Positions 52,752-64,000 of a DNA stretch of 64,000 bases are shown one piece after another; positions within the stretch are counted from its first letter, which is position 1; each line of letters opens with the position of its first letter. The DNA comes from Octopus vulgaris. Taxonomy: Eukaryota. The notes below the pieces were generated by a model, which was not told the DNA's origin, ran no database searches, and worked only from the letters and a program-made list of their open reading frames with translations. The position numbers and the translations under genes are program-made. The stretch covers positions 155,620,001 through 155,684,000 of the forward strand of contig OX597814.1 in NCBI GenBank assembly GCA_951406725.2, given 5' to 3'.

Positions 52752-52998
52752 CTTTTATTTGTTTCAGTCATTTGACTGCAGCCATGTTGGAATACCGCCT
52801 CCAGTCGAACTAATCGACCCCAAGACTTATTCTTTGTAAGCGTAGTACCTATTCTATCGATCATTTTTGCCGAACAGCTAAATAACGGGGATGTAAACAC
52901 ACAAATATCGGTTGTCAAGCGATGGGGGTGCGGATAAACACAGACACAAAAACATACACACACATACACATATATGACCAGATCCTTTCAGTTTCCCT
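52752..52998 (-). mobile_element. CORE-type SINE 3' half (a second fragment lies at 52170-52290)
   Basis: TGTTTCAGTCATTTGACTGCAGCCATG...TTTTGCCGAACAGCTAA matches 1131-1390. Confidence 0.85.
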
Positions 52999-53001
52999 GA
53001 A

Positions 53002-53032
<31 letters not shown>

Positions 53033-53685
53033 ATGTGTGTGTGTGTGTGTGTAAACATGTGACTATGTATGTATGTGCGCACGTTTGTGGATGTGCGTGC
53101 GCGTGTGTATGTTTCCTAGCTAACTAACCGTAAAATATCTATTGTAATTCAAATTTAAAAGTATAGGCCAATCGAATGCATCTGTGGAAATTAATACCAT
53201 GCAAACAGAAGAATTTGACTGATTGCATATATATGCAGATATCTATTTGCCTTGAATAATATTATGGTGGTATTTATTGGTCTTCAGTGTTGCTACTATG
53301 TTGTTAATTTTGAGATATATGTATTGTTTTATTAGTAATGATGTTGTTAGTATTAAGAATATTGATATTGATAACATTATTGTTATTGATAACGGTATTG
53401 GTATTAGCATAATTGACTTTTTGTAAAGTAACACAAATTAATATAATGAACTGTTTACTATTTATGTCTGCATTAAGTATGAATATATCTGTTGTAATTT
53501 CTTAATATTGGTTGAGGAACTGTAACATTCAATATAGAACATTATTATGTTTATTGATATATATTGATTTATATTATTTATATTATTATGTATGTGTATA
53601 TGTGTATATATATAAGGATATGAGTATATATGCACTCATATTTATATTTATATGTAAATGATTTTTGGGTATGTACTCATACTTA

Positions 53686-53812
53686 CATTAGAATCTCCGA
53701 AGAGGCCGTAAGATATTTTTGTTAATGTCTCATTTATACCTGCAATATATGGCTAATATAGGTTAAATGAGACATACCTATCTGCATGCCCGAAACAGCT
53801 GTCAGTTATAAT
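53686..53812 (+). ncRNA. Hammerhead-like motif with long hairpin inserted in stem II, in a Penelope-like AT-rich insert (about 53240-53990)
   Basis: CT-CCGAAGA-GGC...GCCC-GAAAC-AGCT-GTC-AG; palindromic stem III ACAGCTGT; inner hairpin TGTCTCATTTA/TAAATGAGACA. Core U4 is C. Confidence 0.55.
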
Positions 53813-53993
53813 GTATATGTATTTTTATATCTTGTTATTTTATTTAGTTATATCTCATTATATTGATTGTAATTATTGTACTGTATTAATGTCTAATCTT
53901 AATGCTCTTGTGTAGTGTTTTAATAAAGTATATGATTCGGTATTATCTGATAGTGGATAAATGATTTAGATATATTTCTCCATTTTCTTATTT

Positions 53994-54027
<34 letters not shown>

Positions 54028-54046
54028 TGCATATGTGTACGCATCC

Positions 54047-55260
54047 ACGAGATGCTTTTTAAAAGCACCCGACATTATTTTTGCCGCCAAAACTAATGCC
54101 AAATGGGATAAACATGTTAGGTTGGAAGTAGTACCACGCTTCCTGCGCCAGGCCGCCTTACTAATTCTGCGCTGGTAGGCCTCCTCAGTTCCCGACTCTT
54201 ACGTATAAAGTACAGACGTGTGAACGCTTGTCGGCTTCTCCTTTTCACGCAAGATGTCCGAAGCGCATCGAGTATAGATATTGCATCAAGATTTGCATAT
54301 GTTATTTAAGATCTAACGAGCGAGAAGATTCGGCAGGCCTCTGGCAATGGCCTCAAGGGAAAATATCATAGGTCAAGGAGTGGTACAACCGCTTCACACA
54401 TAGCTGTAACTCAGTGGAGAACGAGGCACGCTCAAGCAGGCAACTCACAGGCCGAAAGGAGGAGCTGATTCAGAAGGTTTGGCGAACAATCATAGAAGAC
54501 AGTCGTGTAACAATCCAGGAAATTGCCCACGAATTGGGAACAAGCATAGGATCTTTGTATTCCTTTTTAACGAAGAATTGCGGGGAGTGTCGGTGAAATT
54601 AGTCCCAATGGTACTGGCGGAACAGCAGAAGCAACGGCGCATGAAAATCACTCAGGACATGCTGCCCTGTGCAAACTGGTGATGGGACATGGATTTGTAG
54701 TTCGACTCAGAAACCAATTTCCAGTCCTCCAAATGGAAACGTCCGTTGTCACCAAGGGCCAAAATGCACGACAGGTCGGTAGCAATGTAAAGGTAATGCT
54801 GACACCCTTCGTTGGCTCCCGTGGTATTGTGAATCATTAATACGCACCACAACACCAAATTTTCCATGAGGAATATTACCTGAATTTTATACACCGCCTC
54901 CGTGATGCTGTACGTCGAAGACGCAAGCACATGTGGGTGGCAATTGGCAACTTCACCATCACAAGAATGTGCGCAGTCATTCCGGCCACATAATCCAAGC
55001 TTTCCTGGTCTAAAACAACACTACTTGTTCGACAGACTTCTTAATCTCCCGACTTGACACCATGTGACTTTTGGCTCTTCTCGAAACTAAAAATGACACC
55101 GAAAGAGAAGCGATTTGAGTGGCGACAGGAAATTATGAGAAAAGCGTCAGAGGATCTTCGTAATATTTAAGAGAAGGAATTCCCGAGGTATTACCGGCAA
55201 TGAGAGAAACGCTCTGACAAGTGAGCAAACTCCCACGAGAGGCCTCTTATGGTTGATTGA
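54047..55260 (+). mobile_element. Highly decayed mariner
   Basis: VENEARSSRQ, SRVTIQEIAHELG, KLVPMVL, SPDLTPCDFWLFSKLK. Confidence 0.85.
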
Positions 55261-55282
55261 ATAAAGTTTGTGAAATGTACGA

Positions 55283-55464
55283 GCAGGCGTAGCTGTGTGG
55301 TAATAAGCTTGGTACCCAGCTACATGTTTTGGTGTTTAGTCCCACTGCGTGTTACCGTGGGCAAGAGTATTCGGCTATAGTCTCCTTAATGGTTTTATTT
55401 GACAGAAATTCAAAGAGAACTGTCGTAATTATATGTACATATATATATATATATATGCATGTAC

Positions 55465-55510
<46 letters not shown>

Positions 55511-55712
55511 GTGCGTGTGTCGTTCTCAGTGTCTGTTTTTGTCCCTCCCAACAGTTTGACAACCGATAACATAGTGGTTCGGCAAAAAGGTGCGGATAAA
55601 ATAAGTGATAGGCTTAAGAAAATAAGTACTGGAGTCGATACTTTCCACATCAAATTCTTAAATGTTGTGTGCCAGCATGGCCGCAGTCTAATGACTGAAA
55701 TAATTAAACAAC
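55283..55712 (+). mobile_element. CORE-type SINE, full length with internal (TA)n
   Basis: GCAGGCGTAGCTGTGTGGTAA head and CCAGCATGGCCGCAGTCTAATGACTGAAA tail. Confidence 0.85.
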
Positions 55713-57203
55713 GGGCTAAAAATTGTTTTTTATGTCCAAAGCGCGGATAATTTGGAATGAGCCACGTATATGGAGAGAGATCTTTAACAATATCCCTTGA
55801 ATATATATTGAACTAGTTTCTGTCATAAACCATACTCTCATCGCCAACGGGTGGGGGTGCATTCTGAACTTTTGTATCTACAGACATTCAGCGATATATG
55901 GGCTCCTAGCAGCTGCTAAAAAAAAAGGAAAATGACTTCCAGATGTGTTAAGTATGAATATAAATCACTAGTCGAAAACATTAAAATATTCGAAGTATGG
56001 ATTATTGCATGTTAAATATATATTAAAGCAAACGTATTATAAGATAGCAATTAGATAATTTTTAATGAAATGAGATTATTAAGGCAAAGAGAGAAAAGTG
56101 AGCGAGGGTTGAGAGAAGAATTAATCTCAGTGCACGACTGTATTGACCGCATGAAATTTCACAAAGTAGCAGCATCATCGCTGAAAACACAACTCCAGGT
56201 CTCGTACTCCTCCACCTTTCAATTTTCATAATCTAACGAGAAAAAAAAGAAGAACCCTATAAAATGTGATTTGCAAAGCTAGAACTGGCAACTAAATCTC
56301 TGCCCAACTACATTAAAATGTTATATTTAAATAATAAGGTTGAAAAATTGAATATTAATTTGATTAATATTAATTTGAAACCAGTGACCTAGCATAATCT
56401 TCAGATTAAAATGTTACAGGTAAAAATTAAACCAAAGTATTATGTTCGTTTTCAGATAAACTTGTTTATATTTCTGCTTATTTAAAACTGAATTAAAGCT
56501 AAACAAATGTAAAAGCGCTGGTCCAGCGTTAGGTGTATGTTACAGTTATTGCTGAAAACACGACAGAATGATCTTCTGTCTCTCAGCAAGTCCGCTTTAA
56601 TTAAAAATGTATACGACAGAAAATTATACGTTTCTATAACTTACCCACATTTTGATGGATTAAGTTACGTTAACACACATTTGCATAAAAAAGCGCTGCA
56701 GTTCGATTCTTGTATACCATCTTTGGTATTTTGCTCTAACAGATGGTACTCACATTGCCAACACTCATTATATAAGCAGCTGTTTCTTCATTCAGGTTTT
56801 ATGAGCTGACGATGTGGATATTAGATCGGGATTTATTATTTCACCAATATCAGCAATTGGTCTGCGGCAACACAGGAGCACAACCACGGAAACAGGACTT
56901 GTAAATGAGAAAAGGATACAATTGCTTCCACAGCTGTTTCTATTGAACGTCACGCAGTCTAATACTATGCTTTCTGTTGAGAAACTCTTGCTTAGAAAAA
57001 TCTCCTACTGTGGTACTTTTCCAACCATACCAACTGAGAATTTTCTAATTATTTACTCCATTTACATACTTCAATGTAATTAAAATAAGAGAAATATTGT
57101 TCAATTGATACAAATACTACTTTATTTAAACTTCTACTACAACTACCACTACTACTGATGATGATGATGATGATAACGACGACGACGACGATGATGATAA
57201 TAA

Positions 57204-57530
57204 ATGCCCTGAAGCAGTACCAAGCAGTGGCTTTTGTATTATCATGCACGTTCTTTTGTCCTTCTTGGTATAAAAGATGGGCTACAATAAAATTCCGCTC
57301 AAAATCACGAATCTGCTTGTCAGTTGTTTGACTGTAACCAGTTGAGCATGACCCTTAGTGGCTGACGATATGTGCATCTCTGATCACGAGCAGAAGTAGT
57401 TGGGGAGTATCATAGCCATGTGTTGAGAGGAATCCTTTGAGGTTTGAATAATTCACTTCTGGAAACATGTTTTGTTCATCATCCTTGAAATAACCCTTAT
57501 TCAGAGACTTTTCGGCGGGATGGGCTACTC
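57204..57530 (+). mobile_element. Decayed partial copy of the non-coding element at 59091-59763
   Basis: GCCCTGAAGCAGTACCAAGCAGTGGC...CCCTTAGTGGCTGACGATATGTGCATCTCTGATCACGAGCAGAAG is colinear with that element. Confidence 0.9.
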
Positions 57531-57559
57531 GAAATCAATATCAATGCAAAATGAGTTTG

Positions 57560-58580
57560 AACAAAAAAAGGTGGGAATAAAAACCTCTGCATGGCAAATA
57601 TGACGCCCGTAGAAAACAAGCTGATGTAGACCAGAAGCAAAGCAATCAGTGGCTACGGAGCTCAGGGCTAAAGGCAATTGAGTGAAGGCTCTATCTTGGC
57701 TACCCAAGATGAGAGATTATTGACCCGGATCTATGAAGCCAATGTTATGAAAAATAGTAGACCCAAAGTGCAACGATGAGATAGAAACAATCTCTGGATG
57801 TAAAGTTTTAGTGCCTATAGAGTACAAATCATGACAGATTGGCTGATATTTACATTGAGTTATGTGTCGGCATTATAAAATCAAAACTGCTGACAAATGG
57901 TACAAACACCACCTTGAGGCTGTAACTGAGGGCGAAAATGTTACTATTCTTTGGGACTTCACAGTATGTACAGCCGGATTATCAATGCAAATAAACAGAT
58001 AGTGTTGTGAAAGACCAAAACAATTAAGTCTGTTTACTGGTTGACATGAGCATAACCTGTGACCATAGTATATCGGCACAAGATTTTTAATAGTTCAGAA
58101 AATATAAAGATTTCCTAATCGAAATCGTATAGATGTGAAAGCTCAAGATGGTTACAATACCAGTAATTGCAGCAGCGCTTGGAATGATAAAAAAAGGAAT
58201 TGAAAATTATTTAAGAATGATCCCTGGCTTACCATCCCCGCAGGCAATGAAAAAGATTGTCTTAACAGGTACGTCATACGTGTTGAGAAGAGCATTGTCG
58301 TTGTGAATTTTCTGTCCTCCCCGCATGCATTTTATTTCCTTAAATCCTTAAAAATGTTTTAGCCGAAGGCCGCAGCCATGCTGGGGCACTACCGCTGTTT
58401 GCTTTTTAACTTTTTTAATATTTTCTTTTTTCTCTCTGTCTTCTATTTCTCTATCACATGATTTAGTAAATGAACGATCTGGTGTGTTTATTTTAATTGC
58501 CTACCAATGTATACATTACGTTTCTCTGCCCTATGTAACAGACACTCGGGGAGAAATGAAAACAGAATTGAAAGAAAAAT
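57560..58580 (+). mobile_element. Dong family A decayed 3' portion and 3' UTR
   Basis: Colinear with the reverse complement of 24040-24960 (QWLRSSGL, KTADKWY, EAVTEGENVTILWDF, MIPGLPS, IVLTGTS). Confidence 0.9.
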
Positions 58581-58629
58581 GTTAATGATAATAACAACAA
58601 CAACACTGATGATGATGATGATGATGGTG

Positions 58630-59763
<1,134 letters not shown>

Positions 59764-59779
59764 AATAATAATAATAATA

Positions 59780-60186
59780 ATAAACGATCCCTAGCAATGA
59801 TAGCAATGAGCTGATTTTTACCTATCTCAGATTCTAGAAATAAAAGAATTTATAAAAAATTGTACTCATGGGAACTGCTCCTATCCCACGTAAAATACGA
59901 TGTAATTCCCAAACATTTTAATCCCCGAACATATCAAAAGTACTTTTAAATGTACTTTTACTGTCAACTTAAAATCACAGTTAACTTATCAGCAAACTAT
60001 TTAAAAGAACTTTTAATTTTCTTAAGTTTTGACAAGCATTCTCTTGATATATACTTTTTACAAAGTCTAAAACATGGCAGTTATCAACCACCGTAGACAT
60101 AACACAGACTTGAACTTCTAACTTCTTGTCTCTTGAGGTCTCTCGATGAGACTTGGAGTCAACTCGTATAAACACAAATTCCAAAC

Positions 60187-60190
<4 letters not shown>
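59780..60190 (+). mobile_element. Dong-like 3' fragment and UTR of a further family
   Basis: KIVLMGTAPIPRKI C-terminal motif, followed by a UTR ending in (AAT)n. Confidence 0.6.
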
Positions 60191-60234
<44 letters not shown>

Positions 60235-60420
60235 TAATGATAATAATAATAATAATTATTATTATAATAATGATAAAAAGAAGAAGAAGAAGAAGAAGAA
60301 GAATATAAAAAGAAGAAGAAGTAGAAGAAGAAGAAGAAGAAGAAGAAGAAGAAGAAGAAGAAAAAGAAAAAGAAGAAGAAGAAGAAGAAGAAGAAGAAGA
60401 AGAAGAAGAAGAAGAAGAAG

Positions 60421-60775
60421 AATAGGAAACCAGTCATAGTGTTGAGAAAGAAAACAAACGATGCTGAATCATAGATATAGCTTGCCCAGCTGACAACAAG
60501 ATATGCGACAGAGAAGAAAAGTTGTGGTCGCTGAAAAGGTGGCAGTAGTACCAATAATTCTCGGAGCCCTGAGAACAGTGAGTAAATTTCTTCTGAAGTG
60601 TGTGGAACAAAGAGGGGCTACAATAAGGGAGGAGCACGTGCAGAAAACAGCACTGCTTGGAACCGCTCGAATACTTCGGATGGTGCTCGAAAAATAAGGG
60701 GTGTTACCTTAGTTCACTAGTAGTGAGCAGCTGACACCGTGGTACATCACCGTTACAAGCTGTGCAAAGACAGTA
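60421..60775 (+). mobile_element. Dong family C 3' fragment
   Basis: VVPIILGAL...EHVQKTALLGTARILRMVLE*; (AAT)n tail. Confidence 0.88.
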
Positions 60776-60789
60776 TAATAATAATAATG

Positions 60790-60869
<80 letters not shown>

Positions 60870-60885
60870 AAGAAGAAGAAGAAGA

Positions 60886-61198
60886 ATGGAGAAACTTTCA
60901 AAATACAAAGACCTGGAAATAGAGGTAACCAGAATGTGGAATCTAAAAACCGAAAAAATTCATATCATAGTAGGTGCATTAGGCATGATAAAAAAATATT
61001 CAGACAAATACATAACAAAAACACCAGGACTTTCAAACACATATAACATACAGAAAATTGCACTACTAGGCACTGCACACATCCTACGCAGAACACTTTT
61101 CATACAATCAGAGCATCACAACAAACCACAGCACATACCCAAGGCACACAGAGCTGCGCTCGGTAGTAAAGTGAAAGCACGCTATAAAAATAAAACTA

Positions 61199-61201
<3 letters not shown>
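60886..61201 (+). mobile_element. Dong family B short 3' fragment (young)
   Basis: MEKLSKYKDLEIEVTRMWNLKTEKIHIIVGALGMIKKY...IQKIALLGTAHILRRTL; (AAT)n tail. Confidence 0.93.
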
Positions 61202-61267
<66 letters not shown>

Positions 61268-61274
61268 GATAATA

Positions 61275-62226
61275 AGTGCAAAAAATCGTGTTAAATGGAA
61301 CGACTCATGTACTGAGAAGAGCATTATCGCTGTGAAAACAACATCCATTCATGAAAATATTTATTTATTAGATTTTTAAATACATATGTTACCCGTGAAT
61401 ATGCGTGTGTAATCTGGGAATGCATACAATGAGTTTCTCCCTCCCTAGGTGTACGGAAAACACTCGGCGAGAAATGGAAGAAAATTTGAAGAAAGAAGGA
61501 AAAACAATAATAAAATTTGGAGAACTGAAGCAGAGCATACATGCCAAAAAAGCAAAGCAAACTAGGTTTACACAATGGATTAAGCAATACCGGCAAAACC
61601 AATTGTTTAAAACCGACCAAAAAGATTTTGTCAATAATTTAATGATGATATTGAACGTGAAAGATTATTTCCTGATGCTGATGAAAGTCGACAGTTCTGG
61701 AGTAAGATATAGAGAAAGCAAGAACAACATAATACTGAAGATGAGTGGCTCTGCAGCTTGAAGCAAACAACTTCTTATCCCCAGCAACAGGCTTTCCACT
61801 TCACAAAAGACAGTATCAGCAAAATGAGTAAAAATATAAACAATTAGAAAGCAGCAGGCCTTGATAGTGTACAGAGATTACAGATAAAAGAGTTTAGGAG
61901 GTTCCATTGATCGCAAAGCAATTTAATGCATTGATCGATAGAGAAGAAAACGTGGGTTGATTGACAATAGGACGAACGCTGTCGTGTCTGAAGGATGCAT
62001 CAAAAGGAAAAGCTGCTGAGAATTACTGGCCAATTTCTTGCCTCACAGGAAGAATTGCAGAAGAACTGTACAAATTTCTTAATGAAAACGGCATGTTACC
62101 AATGGAACAAAAAAGTTGTAGGAGGACATGCAGAGGTAGCAAAAACCAATTATCGATAGACAAAATGCTTATCCAAGATTCTAAACGAAAGAGAGCAAAT
62201 TTGGAAATTGCCAGGATTGACTATCT
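61275..62226 (+). mobile_element. Dong 3' end (61275-61500) followed by an internal RT fragment (61520-62226)
   Basis: VQKIVLNGTTHVLRRALSL*; then [44 protein letters not shown]. Confidence 0.85.
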
Positions 62227-62229
62227 CAA

Positions 62230-62480
62230 AATAGAGCGAATAATAAGAGAACCACAGTGCATAACAGGAGGACTGCAGTGAATAACAGTATGCCCGCAGC
62301 GAATAACAGGACAAACGCAGCTAATAGCATCTGAACCGCAGCCAATAACAGAACGACCACAGCAAACAACAAGAAGACTGCAGTGAATAACAAGAGGGCC
62401 GCAGCGAATAACAAGAGGGCTACAGCGAATAACAGGATGACCGCAGTCAATAAAAAGTGAACCACAGAGAATAATAAACA
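62230..62480. repeat. 21-bp minisatellite, about 11 degenerate units (CCGCAGCGAATAACAGGA-like)
   Basis: Periodic GCAG(C/T)GAATAACA; the 7-aa periodicity of ORF 62221-62550 reflects it. Confidence 0.85.
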
Positions 62481-63258
62481 GCATGGACGTGTGAAGATAA
62501 ATTAAATCTGAAACCATCACAAAGCAGGAATTAAGAATCCGCAAAAACAATGAAAGAAACGTATGTTATAATGTAAGCCATCTCAGGAAAATGAATTATT
62601 ATTATTATATGGAGTACATATTTATGAAAATAGCTTCCCTCAGATGCATCGCCACAGCAAAATGTGCATGAAAATGTAAACATGTGGGCTGCAATGCCTC
62701 TATACAGAAACTGCGAAACCGTGAGTAAACTTTTAATCCCATATGCATCCATATCTCTACAAATATACTATTCAGACAAACACTGCTGTTTCTTGGTTTC
62801 TCGCTAATGCATCAATAATATTTATAAATTTTATACAAACCACAAACTGACGCGTTTTTATACAAACCACAAATACTGAACGCACGGGATTTAAATGTAT
62901 TTAACTAAAGAGGTGACAAACCTCATCCCTCTGAACTGGAAAGGAACAACTATGAGAAACAAATGAGAAGGTATTAGTGAATTTGATCAAGTGAGCATCG
63001 GGCAATCACTATGCGAAAGAAACTTTAATACATCCAGAGGTAGTGTTTTGTCAAGAAGTTAATGCCGCAAAGGCGGACCCATCTCTCATTATCACTGCCC
63101 AAACGAATATCAAAAGCAAAACGACCGATAGACAGATAACAACGACTGCAATGAAGTGTTATACGCACTCTACAATATAACACGCCCCCCAAAAATACAA
63201 AAATAGCCTCATACAGTAAATACCCAAATGAAATTAACCCCCTTCCCCACAACATATG

Positions 63259-63563
63259 TGGAGGCACATGGCCTAGTGGTTAGCGCAGCGGACTCGCGGT
63301 CGAGGGATCACGAGTTCGAATCTCAGACCGGGCGATGTGTGTGTTTATGAGTCAAAAACCTAGGCTCCACGTCCCTCAAGCAGAAGGTAATGGCGAACTT
63401 CTGCTGACTCTTTCGCCACAACTTTCTCTCACTCTTTCCTCCTGCATCTTGCAGCTCATCTGCGACGGACCGACGTCCCGTTCAGGTGGAGAAACTATAC
63501 GCCAAGGAAAGCGGGAAACCGTTCTTATGAGCCAGGCGTGGTTCGAGAAGGAACAAACAACAA
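63259..63563 (+). mobile_element. tRNA-derived SINE (Meta-domain-like, RTE-type CAA tail) with 13-bp TSD
   Basis: TGGCCTAGTGG A-box, GAGTTCGAATC B-box, GCGACGGACCGACGTCCCGTTCAGG domain. TSD CCCACAACATATG at 63246-63258 and 63564-63576. Confidence 0.9.
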
Positions 63564-64000
63564 CCCACAACATATGCCATAGTGGTCCGATACCCAACGG
63601 AAGAACACAAACAACAAGCAATGCAAATGCTAATGAAACAGAAGACTTAAATGAAACCCCATAACAAAACATACTGATGCAATGCAACGCTTTCCAAACT
63701 GAAAAAAAGTGCCGCACACACCTCACCAGTAAGTGAAGCAACGGAAAGTTAATATTTGTATATGTTTGCTAGTTCCAGTAGGTGGATTATTGAACTGTTG
63801 TTTCATTTTGTTATTATTAATGCAGTACATAAACTGCTCTAAAGACTCTCTAGACGCTTACATGCATATAAATGCACTTTTGCCCAAAGCAGTGGCAATA
63901 AATTCGAGTAACAGTGAACCTAATTAATGATCATAATTTGCCTTAAGGTATGGATGAATTAAATTTAGCTCTAACTTCCCCATTCTTATAAAACAGCAAG

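Noticed and set aside
63259-63335. Functional tRNA gene
   Set aside because: The acceptor stem does not pair, and the sequence continues into a SINE body bounded by TSDs.

Overview
AT-rich eukaryotic genomic DNA with no host protein-coding gene that I can support. The repeat landscape (tRNA-derived CORE/Nin/Meta-type SINEs with internal (TA)n, dense (TA)n, (TAA)n and (TACA)n microsatellites) strongly resembles an Octopus genome; this is recognition, not a database result. Almost all ORF-track entries are microsatellite artefacts. The real content is mobile DNA. (1) R4/Dong-clade RLE retrotransposons, including a near-complete copy at about 24020-27826 (-) with a 1107-aa RT-CCHC-RLE frame and one in-frame TGA. 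These form two same-orientation stacks on (TAA)n tracts, at 19.1-30.0 kb (-) and 57.2-62.2 kb (+). (2) Two mutually homologous L1/Tx1-type ORF1-only (HAL1-like) elements. (3) A decayed full-length Chapaev3-like transposon with TIRs and a TTA TSD. (4) Four Tc1/mariner relics. (5) An RTE LINE with a 5' inversion. (6) A 5S-rRNA-headed SINE. (7) Penelope-like inserts within (TA)n that carry fold-back palindromes and minimal hammerhead ribozyme motifs. The most interesting signals are the ORF1-only family, reiterated termini at Dong-type junctions, and the hammerhead/fold-back inserts.
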